From NCBI RefSeq assembly GCF_000737315.1, contig NZ_JMCB01000001.1, positions 248,001 through 312,000 of the forward strand: DNA of 64,000 nucleotides, in the 5' to 3' direction. A model generated the notes under the pieces. The model made no database searches and was not told the origin of the DNA. It saw nothing but the letters and a program-made list of their open reading frames with translations. How positions within the stretch are numbered: the stretch's first letter is position 1; every line of letters starts with the position of its first letter. Source of the stretch: Hyalangium minutum (GTDB taxonomy: Bacteria > Myxococcota > Myxococcia > Myxococcales > Myxococcaceae). A program made the translations under genes and the position numbers. Shown piece after piece: positions 19,290-29,289 of the stretch.

Positions 19290-20066
19290 TTCCTGCGTGA
19301 GGTCCATGGCAGTCTCGACACCCTCCAAGCCGCCATCGCCAACGCTTCACACGCCGCCGAGAAACCGGCCGGAGTGCTGAAGGTCAGCATGGCGCCCGTC
19401 CTCGGCAGCGGCTACCTCCTGCCTCTGCTCCACGACTTCCTCGCCCGCTATCCCGGCATCGTCCCGGACTGGGACTTCAACAACCAGCCGGTGGATCTCA
19501 TCCAGGGAGGCTTCGACGCCGCGATTGGCGGCGGCTTCGACCTTGCCTCGGGACTCGCCGCGCGCGAGCTCGCCCGGGTGCACATCATTGCCGTGGCCTC
19601 GCCCTCCTATCTGGCGCGAATCACTCCCCCTCAGGAGCCCGCCGACCTCCAGCGCCTCGAGGGCATCCTGCTGCGCTCTCCGCTGACGGGACGCCTCCAT
19701 TCCAGGACGCTGCGCAACCGCGCCGGAGAGCAGGTCGCCGTCGAGATGCAGCCACGCATGATCCTCAATGACCCCGGCTCCCTCTGTCACTGCGCCCTGA
19801 TGGGCCTGGGCATCACCCTCGTCTCGACGCTCAGTGCGCTGCCCCACCTGCGCGAGGGAACGCTGGTGCGGCTCCTGCCGGACTGGTACGCCGATGCCGG
19901 TCCGATCTCGCTCTACTACCCAGGGCACCGGCAGTTGCCCGCGAAGACTCGCGTGTTCGTGGATTACGTCGTACGCGAGTTCAAGCGCCAGGACCTGGCC
20001 GGCCTGTTCGACGCAACCCGAGCCGTCGGTGGCCGGGGACGCAAGGCCGCCAGAGCCGGGCGTTAG
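19290..20066 (+). pseudogene. LysR regulator lacking the N-terminal HTH
   Basis: FLREVHGSLDTLQAAI...PAGVLKVS...FDAAIGGG...LYYPGHRQLPAKTRVFVD. An in-frame TAG at 19260 lies shortly upstream and no HTH sequence precedes the ORF. Confidence 0.85.
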
Positions 20067-20111
20067 AGGATACGCACTCATGGATGGCCGGTCCTTGACA
20101 GGCTCGGGAAC

Positions 20112-21041
20112 GTGTATTCCAAGGCGTCCATGCGCTCAGCTCTTCGTGGGTGGTGTTTGGCCGTGGGGTTCGCGTTGTGGTTTCCCGTCCGCGTCCTGGC
20201 CGCGGAGCCGCCCATGGCCGGCCAGAGCGAATTCCCTCTCCAGCCAGCTCCCGTGGCGATGCCCGGGGCGCAGAGAGTGCCCGAAGGAGCTTCCGGGCCT
20301 TCTGCGTGGAGCCTGTTGGCCGCAGGGCTCATGGGGGAAGCCGTGCTCGTGTTCCCCCTGAGCCTGACCGGGGCCTTCGTCGGAGCATTGAGCAAGGAAC
20401 CGTGTGACGAGCATTGCGATGGCGTCACCTACTGGCGATACGGGGCCGCCGTGGGCGGGGCGCTTGGAGTGGCGCTGGGGGCGAGCGGTGGGATGATGCT
20501 GATGGGGGCTGCCCAGGGAGGTCACGCCCGCTGGCCGGCGACGCTCGGTGGAGCCACCCTGGGGTCTGCTCTGGGGCTGGGGGTGCTGCTGTCCACCGGC
20601 CGCCTGATGGACCCCATCGTAGATGCGCCAGTGCGGTTCTTCATTCCGCCCGCTGGAGCCCTCGTGGGTGCGCTGGTGGGCTACCAGCTCAGTCGAGTGG
20701 AGGCAGATTCCGCCGCCCCAAGCTTCGGGCTGAATGGGACCCAGGTGTCGCTGATTCTGGGTGGAGCGACCCTCGGGAGTGCTGCAGGCATCGCAGGGAT
20801 GCTGCTGATCAACGATTCTTTCTATTACCCCACGCCATTTCGTTTGGAGGACAAGCCCTATCGCTTCCTCCTTCCACTGGCAGGAGCCGCCCTCGGAGCC
20901 CTGGTGGGCTATCAAGGCAGCAAGGCTGTGGCAGGGCATTCCTCGGGCAGCGCCGCTTCAGAGGGGACTCCCGTGAGCCTCCTCTCGGGAGTCGCTCCCA
21001 TGCCCGGTGGCGGGATGGTCAGCGTGGGAGGCCGCTTCTAA
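20112..21041 (+). CDS. Hypothetical membrane protein with Gly-zipper helices and an internal duplication
   Basis: Signal-like N-terminus; two copies of LGGATLGSA...RF..P.AGA..GALVGYQ.S; ends VSVGGRF. Confidence 0.7.
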   Translation: MYSKASMRSALRGWCLAVGFALWFPVRVLAAEPPMAGQSEFPLQPAPVAMPGAQRVPEGASGPSAWSLLAAGLMGEAVLVFPLSLTGAFVGALSKEPCDEHCDGVTYWRYGAAVGGALGVALGASGGMMLMGAAQGGHARWPATLGGATLGSALGLGVLLSTGRLMDPIVDAPVRFFIPPAGALVGALVGYQLSRVEADSAAPSFGLNGTQVSLILGGATLGSAAGIAGMLLINDSFYYPTPFRLEDKPYRFLLPLAGAALGALVGYQGSKAVAGHSSGSAASEGTPVSLLSGVAPMPGGGMVSVGGRF

Positions 21042-21052
21042 TTTAGACGCGG

Positions 21053-21715
21053 CTAGCGCGCGCTGCCCGCCGGGGCCCCAAGGCGCTGCTCATAGGCCTC
21101 CAGCGTCCGCCGCCAGGCGGGCCGGGCCTCACAGCGCTCGCGGTAGGCGGAGACCCGGGGGAAGCCGTCGAGCACGCCCGCATTGCGCACCTCGCGCAGC
21201 ACCGTCGTCATCAGAATGTCCGCCACGGTGAACGCCTCGCCGGTGAGATACGGTCGCTCCCGAAGCCAGTCCTCGAGCGCTGTCAGCACGCGCTCGGCAT
21301 ACTTCACCAGCTCGGGACGCCTCTGCGCACCAGTGGGATCGGCGGCGCCGAGCAGATCGATCATCACGATCTGGAACAGCGGGGGCTCCAGGGTGTTGAG
21401 CGCGGCGAAGCACCAGCGCGTCACCTGGGCGCGGCCCTGCAGATCCGCGGGCATCAATCTGCCCGTCTTCTCCGCCAGGTACAGCAGGATCGCGCCCGTC
21501 TCGGTGAGCACGAAGCCGTCGTCCTCGAGCACCGGCACCTGAGTGAAGGGGTTCAGCCGCCGGTACTCCTCGCTGCTGAGTTCCCCCGCCGGATGATCCA
21601 GGCCGTGCACCCGGTAGGGCACGCCCAGCTCCTCGAGCGTCCACAGGGCGCGCAAATCGCGCGTGAGTCCCACTACCTTCGAGTTGACGCGGCCGAAGCC
21701 GTAGAGCGTAAGCAT
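21053..21715 (-). CDS. Glutathione S-transferase family protein
   Basis: RDLRALWTLEELG...NPFTQVPVLEDDGFVLTETGAILLYL...FTVADIL. Confidence 0.93.
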   Translation of the reverse strand: MLTLYGFGRVNSKVVGLTRDLRALWTLEELGVPYRVHGLDHPAGELSSEEYRRLNPFTQVPVLEDDGFVLTETGAILLYLAEKTGRLMPADLQGRAQVTRWCFAALNTLEPPLFQIVMIDLLGAADPTGAQRRPELVKYAERVLTALEDWLRERPYLTGEAFTVADILMTTVLREVRNAGVLDGFPRVSAYRERCEARPAWRRTLEAYEQRLGAPAGSAR

Positions 21716-21769
21716 TGCAGCATTGTTGAGGCCGTGCCCGCCCGCTGTCGAGGAGCTTGCGGACACGTC

Positions 21770-22135
21770 CTAGTGTGCGGACGGGGGGCAGCACTCATGC
21801 TCCTTCATCAATTCTTCCGGCAAGGGGCTCCGGAGAAACCTCCATCCGCCTCCCTTTCGCGCTGGAATGACCTGGAAGCCTTGGCCAGCGATTTTGACGC
21901 GCTCGTTCTCCTTGGCATCACCATGAGCAAGCCACGCGTCTGCCTCTTCCCTCGTCTCGAACGTTCGAGAGACAGCGACATCATCAACGGCCGAGGTGTA
22001 AAACGAACGGAAGAACTCGCGGTAGTCGTCTAGCTTCTGGCTCTCGCGGATATAGAAAAGCGCCGCCGCCGCGATATGGGAGCAGCTCGCGCTGAGCCTG
22101 GGGAGCGTCTTCACGGGACATCGGGTGAAGACCAT
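21770..22135 (-). CDS. Myxobacterial hypothetical family member, probably 5'-degenerate
   Basis: IAAAALFYIRESQKLDDYREFF...FETREEADAWL recalls a small paralogous myxobacterial family; the N-terminus looks unrelated to it. Confidence 0.4.
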   Translation of the reverse strand: MVFTRCPVKTLPRLSASCSHIAAAALFYIRESQKLDDYREFFRSFYTSAVDDVAVSRTFETREEADAWLAHGDAKENERVKIAGQGFQVIPARKGGGWRFLRSPLPEELMKEHECCPPSAH

Positions 22136-22224
22136 CCTACCTCAAAGGTAGGACCTGGGCCGCATCATACCGTCCCCCCCAACCGTCCTGTGGTATTGGA
22201 TGCGGACGCCCCCAGGAGCCCCTC

Positions 22225-22926
22225 ATGGCCTTTGCCGATGACCCCCTCGTGAAGTCGCTGAAGGGCCTGGAGGCCCACAATCTGGAAGAGCTGCTCTCGC
22301 GGCTGGCCGAGTTCGACAAGCTCCGCGAGAAGGGAGAATCCGTCCGGCAGCCCACGGTGACGCTCCACCTGCGCAGCGGCCGCGAGGTCCAGGGAGTCCT
22401 CCTGGAGCTGCGCTCGGAGCACCGCGGAAGCAAGACCGTGGTCCTCCATCCCCTGAGCGGAGACCGGCGCTCGGCACCAGACGCCACCTTCGTCCGGCTG
22501 GAGTCCGTGGACGCCATCACCGTTCACGAGTTCCCTGCCCTCTTCAAGCCGCCCCCGGACGCGCCACCGCCTCCCACGAAGCTCGAGCTGAAGCGGAAGC
22601 TCGCCGAGCGTCAGGCCGCCCTGGCCGCCGCCCTGGGCACTCCGCTGGAGCTCGAGGTGGTCTGGGACTCGCTCCCCCCGGAGCCCGAGGCCCTGAGCGC
22701 CCTGAACACGCTCGGCACACGGGCGTTCGGAGTGCTGGAGGAGCTGACGCGCGAGCTGCTCGGCCTGGAGGCCCTGCGGAATCAGATCCGCAAGGTGCGC
22801 CTCTTTGTCGGCGCGTCCTCGCAGGTCAGCCGCGAAGGGCAGACACTCGTGTTGGTGACGGCCGTGCCCGTAACCACCTGGATGTCCAAGGACGACCTGC
22901 TCCGAGAGATCGAAAAGGTGCTCTGA
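22225..22926 (+). CDS. Hypothetical protein
   Basis: 233-aa ORF with strong GC3 bias and GGAG RBS; no recognised motif. Confidence 0.8.
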   Translation: MAFADDPLVKSLKGLEAHNLEELLSRLAEFDKLREKGESVRQPTVTLHLRSGREVQGVLLELRSEHRGSKTVVLHPLSGDRRSAPDATFVRLESVDAITVHEFPALFKPPPDAPPPPTKLELKRKLAERQAALAAALGTPLELEVVWDSLPPEPEALSALNTLGTRAFGVLEELTRELLGLEALRNQIRKVRLFVGASSQVSREGQTLVLVTAVPVTTWMSKDDLLREIEKVL

Positions 22927-22930
22927 GCAC

Positions 22931-23569
22931 TCAGAGCCCCGGGCCCTCGTCCCACGTCAGCACGTACTCGGTGTCCAGCGCGCTGGTGTCTCGGCCGCGC
23001 ACCTGGACGTTGCGCGCGGTGGCCTTCTCCACCGCCTTGGCGATGACGCCCTCGTGGTACGCGGGCGGCATGAAGTCGCGCTTGAAGATGAACACCCCGC
23101 TGCGCTCGCCTGTCCACGTCACCGTCCGCTCGCCATAGCTCAGCGAGGCCTTGTAGCTGGTGGGCAGGTGGCTGATGAGCTTCTTCACGTTGGTGCCCGC
23201 CAGCGCGAGCGCCGTCTTGCCGGCCACCGTGTTCACGAAGCTCTCGGTGGACTGCTCGCCCATCCACCGCAGCACCTGCCAGCTCCCCCCAAGCCGAGGG
23301 GTCAGCAGCTCCACCACGGTCAGCGACATCTTGATGAAGCCCGACACCGGGTAGCTGAAGAAGTCGATGAACCTCCGCTGGCCCGCGGCCTCGCGGCAGC
23401 GCGCCTCGATCTCCGCTCCCGCCAGCGCTCTCACCGCGTCCAACACGCCGTTGAAGAAAATGCCACGGCAGGTGTCTTGCGGTCCGGCCAGCGCCAGCCG
23501 CTGCTCGAGTTGCTTCCGGGGGTCCTGGATGGTGCTCAGGGGTGGGGGCGTCGCGGTAGGACCACTCAT
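22931..23569 (-). CDS. DUF2378 / TIGR02265 myxobacterial paralog
   Basis: DTCRGIFFNGVL...FFSYPVSGF...YGER...FMPPAYHEGV. Confidence 0.9.
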   Translation of the reverse strand: MSGPTATPPPLSTIQDPRKQLEQRLALAGPQDTCRGIFFNGVLDAVRALAGAEIEARCREAAGQRRFIDFFSYPVSGFIKMSLTVVELLTPRLGGSWQVLRWMGEQSTESFVNTVAGKTALALAGTNVKKLISHLPTSYKASLSYGERTVTWTGERSGVFIFKRDFMPPAYHEGVIAKAVEKATARNVQVRGRDTSALDTEYVLTWDEGPGL

Positions 23570-23651
23570 GCTGAGCCAAAACTAGGCATGCCTGGGCGGG
23601 GCAAGGCAAATGCTGCAGAATCCCTCCCCGTCAGTTTCTTCCTCCCCGCCG

Positions 23652-24980
23652 ATGCGCCCAACCCAAGGCCTCCCCTTCCCCCTCCTCCCCCTGGTGACGC
23701 TCTGGGCGTGGGGGCTCGTGTGGGCGCCGCTCGCATTCGCGGAGACTCCCGCCCCGGAGCGCCCGCTCCACGTCCTCTTCATCGGCAACAGCTACACCTA
23801 CAACAACAACCTCCCCGCTTTGCTGGAGGGCCTGGCCGCCTCGGCTACCCCGCCCCGGCGCATCAAGACGCGCGCCGTCACCCAGCCGGGCGTCCGGCTC
23901 CAGCAGCACTGGGATCGCGGAGATGCGCTCGCCGCACTGCGGCAAGGCCACTGGGACTATGTGGTGCTCCAAGAACAGAGCACGCTGGGCCTGCTGCTCA
24001 TCGAGGGCCGCCACGAGGTGAACGACCCGGAACTGGCCTTCCACCCGTATGCGCGGCGCTTCGCCGAGGAGGCTCGCAAGGTGGGCGCCCAGCCGCTCTT
24101 CCTGCTCACCTGGGCCCGGCGAGACACCCCGGAGTCCCAGGCCCGCCTCACGCAGGCCTACATGTCCGTGGCCCGAGAGCTGGAAGCCCCCATCATCCCC
24201 GCCGGACAGGCCTGGGCCCGGGCGCGGCAGGAGGACCCCTCGGCCGTGCTGTACCACCAGGACGGCAGCCACCCCTCGCCGATGGGCAGCTACCTCACGG
24301 CCTCCACGCTCTACACCACCCTGACGGGGCGCTCGCCGGTGGGGCTGGCCTCCACCCTCACCGGTCACCCGATGCCCGAGGGCGTGCTCAACCCCGCGAA
24401 GACAGTGACGCTCGTCTCGCTCACGCCCGAGCAGGCCGAGCCGCTCCAGCGCATTGCCTGGGAGACCTATGAAGAGCTGCGCCAGAGCGGCGGCTACGTG
24501 GAGGTGCAGCCCCCGAGCCCCACCCTGCCCACGCTCCCGGAGGGACTGCCCCTGGAGCTGCCGGTGCTGCTGGGCTCGTGGCAAGGTGAGATGCGCTTCT
24601 ATTCCCAGGAGGCCGGCCAGTCCCCGGCCACGCTCCACCTCCTGCTGAAACAGGCGGGCGCGCAGCTGGGAGGCACCGTGCGCATCGTCTTCGCCAACGG
24701 AAAGGCGGAGGGGCCCTTCCCGCTCGAGGCGCTCGCAATGGAGCCCACCCGGGTGCGCTTCTCCACACCGCTGCTGAGCAAAGGTCGCGGCAAGGTGGAG
24801 CACGAGGCAGTGCTCACCCCCGAGGGACTGGTGGGGCTGGCCCGCTACGAAGACCCGCGGACCCACGACCGATACGTGGGGACGTGGAAGCTCCAGCGGC
24901 CAGAGCTTCCGGCGGCGCCTCGGGAGCCACAGGCCGTCTCGCCTGAGCCAGCCCCCGCCGCGCCGCCTGCGGGCCCCTGA
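23652..24980 (+). CDS. Secreted SGNH/GDSL-type hydrolase with C-terminal beta-rich domain
   Basis: Signal peptide ending AFA; LFIGNSYT, VVLQEQS, DGSHPS. Confidence 0.85.
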   Translation: MRPTQGLPFPLLPLVTLWAWGLVWAPLAFAETPAPERPLHVLFIGNSYTYNNNLPALLEGLAASATPPRRIKTRAVTQPGVRLQQHWDRGDALAALRQGHWDYVVLQEQSTLGLLLIEGRHEVNDPELAFHPYARRFAEEARKVGAQPLFLLTWARRDTPESQARLTQAYMSVARELEAPIIPAGQAWARARQEDPSAVLYHQDGSHPSPMGSYLTASTLYTTLTGRSPVGLASTLTGHPMPEGVLNPAKTVTLVSLTPEQAEPLQRIAWETYEELRQSGGYVEVQPPSPTLPTLPEGLPLELPVLLGSWQGEMRFYSQEAGQSPATLHLLLKQAGAQLGGTVRIVFANGKAEGPFPLEALAMEPTRVRFSTPLLSKGRGKVEHEAVLTPEGLVGLARYEDPRTHDRYVGTWKLQRPELPAAPREPQAVSPEPAPAAPPAGP

Positions 24981-24995
24981 CTCCAGGGCGAAAGG

Positions 24996-25937
24996 TCAGG
25001 CCAGGCGCACGGGCTGGACCTGGGAGAACAGCCGCTCCACATGCTCCCGCGCGCACAGATCCGTGCCCGAGCTCAGGAGCGCCGCGGTACCAGAGGCGAT
25101 GCCCCACCGGAACGCCTCCTCCACGGGCAGGCCGCGCGAGAGGCCGAACGTCATCCCCCCCACGAAGCTGTCCCCCGCGCCCACCGAGCTGTGCGTCTCC
25201 ACCGGCGGGGGCGTGGCCCGGTACTGACCCGTGCGCGTCGTCAGCAGGGCGCCATCGGCTCCCATGGACACGACGAGCAGCTCGGCGCGCCCCTTCTCCA
25301 GGAAGTTCCGGGCGGCCTCGGCCATGGCGGCGGGGTCATCCACCCGGGTGCCCATCATGTCCCGGAACTCCTTGCGGTTGGGCTTGGCGAAGAAGACGCC
25401 CTCCTCCAATGCGGCGCGCAACGGCTCGCCCGAGGTGTCCAGCACCAGCCGTGCGTTCTGCTTGCGCGCCACCTGGGCCACGCGGGCGTAGAAATCCACG
25501 GGGACGCCGGGGGCCAGGCTGCCGCTGGCGACGATGTACTCGGCGTCCGCCGCCACGGTGGACAGCGTCTGCAGGCACTCCTGCCACTCTGCCTGGGTGA
25601 GGGTGGGCCCGGGCATGACGAAGCGGAACTCGCGATCGCTCTTCTTCTCCGCCACCGTGAAGTTCTCCCGGGTGTGGCCCGAAATGTTGATGCCCCAGCG
25701 CCGCAGCCCCTTCTGCTCCAATAGGTGCTCCAGCAGTGCGCCGGTCGGCCCTCCTCTCGGATAGATGGCGAGCGACGCACCGCCCAGCTCCTGGATGACC
25801 CGCGCCACGTTGAGCCCGCCTCCACCGGGATCCCGGCGCTCGGGCTCACAGCGAAGCTTGTGCTCGGGCGTTACTTCCTCCACGGTGGTTGCCAGATCGA
25901 TCGTCGGGTTGATGGTCAGTGTGACAATGGGCTTCAT
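24996..25937 (-). CDS. pfkB: 1-phosphofructokinase-family hexose kinase (PfkB family)
   Basis: TLTINPTID, GGGGLNVAR, KPNRKE, SVGAGDSFVGG. Confidence 0.92.
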   Translation of the reverse strand: MKPIVTLTINPTIDLATTVEEVTPEHKLRCEPERRDPGGGGLNVARVIQELGGASLAIYPRGGPTGALLEHLLEQKGLRRWGINISGHTRENFTVAEKKSDREFRFVMPGPTLTQAEWQECLQTLSTVAADAEYIVASGSLAPGVPVDFYARVAQVARKQNARLVLDTSGEPLRAALEEGVFFAKPNRKEFRDMMGTRVDDPAAMAEAARNFLEKGRAELLVVSMGADGALLTTRTGQYRATPPPVETHSSVGAGDSFVGGMTFGLSRGLPVEEAFRWGIASGTAALLSSGTDLCAREHVERLFSQVQPVRLA

Positions 25938-26051
25938 GGCAGAGGCTCCCTCCCTGGGCAGGCAAGGGTGTACCCGGATGCGGCCCGGCGTTCCACCCTG
26001 ACCTCACGGCTCGTTGACGCGCGTGTGTGAGACGACTACACGAGGACCCAA

Positions 26052-27626
26052 GTGTCTCTCTTCACTCCCTCTGGCCCCTCCCTGAACCTGCCACCCGTCG
26101 TCTGGGTCGTGGACGACAGTCCCTTGGAGGTCGAGGCCATCCGCCGGGAGCTGGCCAGCGCCAACCGGGTAGAGGTGTTCTCGAACGGCGAGGCGCTCAT
26201 CGAGGCGCTCCACCAGCGAGAGTTGCCGGATGTGATCGTCTTGGACTGGTACATGCCCGGCATGTCCGGCATCGAGGTGTGCCGCTACCTGCGGGGCAAC
26301 CCGACGACGGCGATGCTCCCCATCCTCCTCATCACCGGGAACGCTCGCCCGGAGGACGTGGAGGAGGGACTGCTGGCGGGCGCCAATGACTACGTGCTCA
26401 AGCCGTTCCGCGCATCGGAGCTGCTGGCCCGAGTACACGCGCTCTCACGCTGGGAGTTGCAGCGCAAGCGGGCCATCGCGGACGAGCGGGCCCGGCGCCT
26501 GCGCGCGGAGGGGACGCTCTCCGAAGTCCAAGCCGCCGAGGAGCGAGCGCGCCGGAGCGAGCTGCGGTACCAGCTCGCCGCCCAGGCGACGCGGGACGTC
26601 ATCTGGGAGTGGAACCCCTCCACGGGAGAGGTGCTCCACAGCCCCAGCTTCCGCACCTACTTCGGCTACAAGGCCGAGGAAGTCGGCAGCCACATCGAAT
26701 GGTGGTGGGAGCGGATCCATCCCGAGGAGCGGGAGCGGATGATGACGACGATCCAAGAGGGCATCACGGGCACGGCCCAGGACTGGCTAGGGGAGTACCG
26801 CCTGCAGCACGCGAACGGCACCTGGGTCCACGTGGTGAACCGCTGCCAGATCGTCCGGGACGCGGAAGGACATGCCATCCAGGTGGTGGGGGCGCTCCAG
26901 GACGTCACCGAGCGCAAGCGGATGGAGGCGGAGGCCCAGGAGCGCGCCGACTTCGAGCGCCAGCTCATCGGCATGGTCAGCCACGATCTGCGCAACCCCT
27001 TGAACGCCATCCTCCTGGCGGCCACGGCGATCCTGAAGAGCGAGGAGCTCCAGGAGCGGCAGCGGCGCAACGTCGTCCGCGTCCTCACCTCCACGGAGCG
27101 CGCCACGCGGCTGATCCGGGATCTGCTGGACTTCACCCGGGCTCGCCAGGGCGGGGGGATTCCGCTGAACCGGCGGGAGACGAACCTGCACGAGGTGGTG
27201 AACACGGTGATGGAGGAGATGCAGGCCACCCACGTGGAACGGACCCTTCAGGTGGAGCACTCCGGGAATGGGACGGGCGAGTGGGATCCGGACCGGCTGG
27301 CCCAGGTCATCACCAACCTGGCGGGGAACGCGCTCCAGTACAGCGCTCCGGAGACACCCATCCGGGTGGCGACGCGGGGCGAGGTGGATGCGGTGGTGCT
27401 GGAGGTGCACAACCTGGGGGCGCCCATCGCTCCCGAGGTGCTGTCGCGAATCTTCGAGCCGATGGAGCGCGGCACCTCCACGCATACGGGCCAGTTGGGG
27501 CGGAGCATCGGCCTGGGGCTCTTCATCGTCCGGCACCTGGTGATGGCGCATGGGGGGCGGGTGAGCGTCCGCTCCGTGGTGGATGAGGGCACCACCTTCA
27601 CCGTCCTGCTGCCTCGGAAGCCCTGA
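26052..27626 (+). CDS. Hybrid REC-PAS-HisKA-HATPase kinase
   Basis: VVDDS/VLDWYMP receiver; PAS (IWEWN...WWERIHPEER); VSHDLRNPL; GLGLFIV. Confidence 0.95.
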   Translation: MSLFTPSGPSLNLPPVVWVVDDSPLEVEAIRRELASANRVEVFSNGEALIEALHQRELPDVIVLDWYMPGMSGIEVCRYLRGNPTTAMLPILLITGNARPEDVEEGLLAGANDYVLKPFRASELLARVHALSRWELQRKRAIADERARRLRAEGTLSEVQAAEERARRSELRYQLAAQATRDVIWEWNPSTGEVLHSPSFRTYFGYKAEEVGSHIEWWWERIHPEERERMMTTIQEGITGTAQDWLGEYRLQHANGTWVHVVNRCQIVRDAEGHAIQVVGALQDVTERKRMEAEAQERADFERQLIGMVSHDLRNPLNAILLAATAILKSEELQERQRRNVVRVLTSTERATRLIRDLLDFTRARQGGGIPLNRRETNLHEVVNTVMEEMQATHVERTLQVEHSGNGTGEWDPDRLAQVITNLAGNALQYSAPETPIRVATRGEVDAVVLEVHNLGAPIAPEVLSRIFEPMERGTSTHTGQLGRSIGLGLFIVRHLVMAHGGRVSVRSVVDEGTTFTVLLPRKP

Positions 27627-27659
27627 GCCGGAGCCGGGTGGGCTACGATCCGCCCGGTC

Positions 27660-29195
27660 ATGCTCCGCTCTCCCTATCGCCCCAGGCCCCTCCACCTTGC
27701 CGCCCTGCTCGTCCCGCTGAGCCTGCTGCCGCTCGCCTGCAAACCCGAGCCTGAGCCCATTCCCATCCCGGATCCAGGGGAAGAGGACCCGGACGCCGTC
27801 TACGGACAGCGCCTCATCCACCGCCGCAAGGACACGGGGGACGAGGTGGTGCAGGACGCCACGGGGGTGCGCAGCACGCTGGCGGTGCTCATCCCCAGGG
27901 GAGAGAGCGTCGAGACGCAACCGTCCGTCCCCCGGCAGGACGAGGTTATCCAGTTCAACGATGTCCCCTTGGGGCCCTACTTCCTGAAGCGGGGCACGGA
28001 CTGGTACATCCTCACCGAGCACCGCCAGCTCAACCTGGATGAGTACCTCCTGGGCCGCGCGGGTGTCGTCACCGTGCCTGAAGCCATTCCCCTCACCTTG
28101 AGCGTGGAGGGCCTGGCGCCCATGGACCCCTACCAGGACTTCGACCTCGTGGTCCCCAATGCGGGCGCCGCGGGGGTGATCCGCCTGAGCTCCACGCCGA
28201 CGCCGGGCGGCACCTCGCTCACCGGCCAGGGGGCGGAGTACCGCTCGGCCTTCGGGCGTCAGGAGGTCATCGACAGCGCGCTCGGGGACCGCCTCTACAT
28301 GCTGCAGAAGCTCCGGCGGTCGTCGGGGGACTTCAACTACTTCGCGGCGGCGCGGGCCCTGACGCTGACCGACGTGACCTTCCGCCCGGGTGACCCGAGC
28401 GCCCCGGTGAGCGGAACCTTCAGCGAGTTCCCCGCGCGGCAGCTCACCGTGGACTGGCGGCGCTCGAGCTTCGAGGCGCACCGGGCGGCGGTGCACCCAC
28501 AAGCCGTGTCCCTGCCCGAGACCTCGGTGCGCCACAGCCTCATCGTGTCCCCGGCGGCGGGGGGGCTGTCGGAGGGCGTGGTGGGCTACGCCGGAGAGCT
28601 GATCTCTGGAAACATCCCAGCGTCCAGCCAGGACGTGACGCTCTCGCTCGAGTACATCAACCCCTACCCCTCCTCATGGGGAACGGTGGCGAGCGTGGTC
28701 CACCGCTACCAGGTTCCGGTGCGGGTGCCGCCGCAAGGGCCCTCGGGCACGCTGGGGGTGTCGCTGAAGGAGCAGGCTGAGCTGAGTGCGTTCACCTCGG
28801 GGCCCGTGCAGGCCCGCCTGTCGCCGCCCACCCAGCTCCAGGTGGATGGGGCCCATGCGCAGGAAGAGCGCGCGCTCACCTCGCTCACGCCCGTGTTCAC
28901 CTGGGGGCCTCCTGCGCTCGGGACGGCGGACCTCTACGAGCTGCGCATCTTCCGGGTCTACGCCTCGCCGTCGTCGCCCGATGTGGCGCGCACGGAGACC
29001 GTGGCCACCTTCCTCACGGCACAGCGGCAGCTGCGTGTTCCTCCCGACGTGCTGCAGCCGCAGCAGGCCTACGCGGTGCGGATCGCCGCGATCCGGACGC
29101 CAGGACGGGATCTCACGCAGACGCCGTTCCGGGCGGACTCCCTGGTAGACACCTCGCTGGCGGAGGCGCTCACCAGCGTGCTCACCACGCCTTGA
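27660..29195 (+). CDS. Myxobacterial lipoprotein of unknown function (beta-rich, FN3-like C-terminus)
   Basis: Lipobox PLAC followed by a Pro/Glu linker; C-terminus LTPVFTWGPP...YELRI...LRVPPDVL...YAVRIAA. Confidence 0.8.
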   Translation: MLRSPYRPRPLHLAALLVPLSLLPLACKPEPEPIPIPDPGEEDPDAVYGQRLIHRRKDTGDEVVQDATGVRSTLAVLIPRGESVETQPSVPRQDEVIQFNDVPLGPYFLKRGTDWYILTEHRQLNLDEYLLGRAGVVTVPEAIPLTLSVEGLAPMDPYQDFDLVVPNAGAAGVIRLSSTPTPGGTSLTGQGAEYRSAFGRQEVIDSALGDRLYMLQKLRRSSGDFNYFAAARALTLTDVTFRPGDPSAPVSGTFSEFPARQLTVDWRRSSFEAHRAAVHPQAVSLPETSVRHSLIVSPAAGGLSEGVVGYAGELISGNIPASSQDVTLSLEYINPYPSSWGTVASVVHRYQVPVRVPPQGPSGTLGVSLKEQAELSAFTSGPVQARLSPPTQLQVDGAHAQEERALTSLTPVFTWGPPALGTADLYELRIFRVYASPSSPDVARTETVATFLTAQRQLRVPPDVLQPQQAYAVRIAAIRTPGRDLTQTPFRADSLVDTSLAEALTSVLTTP

Positions 29196-29289
29196 GGGAA
29201 CGCATGCGCCTGCGTGGCTCCCGCGCGCTCCTCCTCTGAGGACGGGAGGTTGCTAGGTAGGTCCTGCTCGGTGGAGTAACCTGGGCCCC

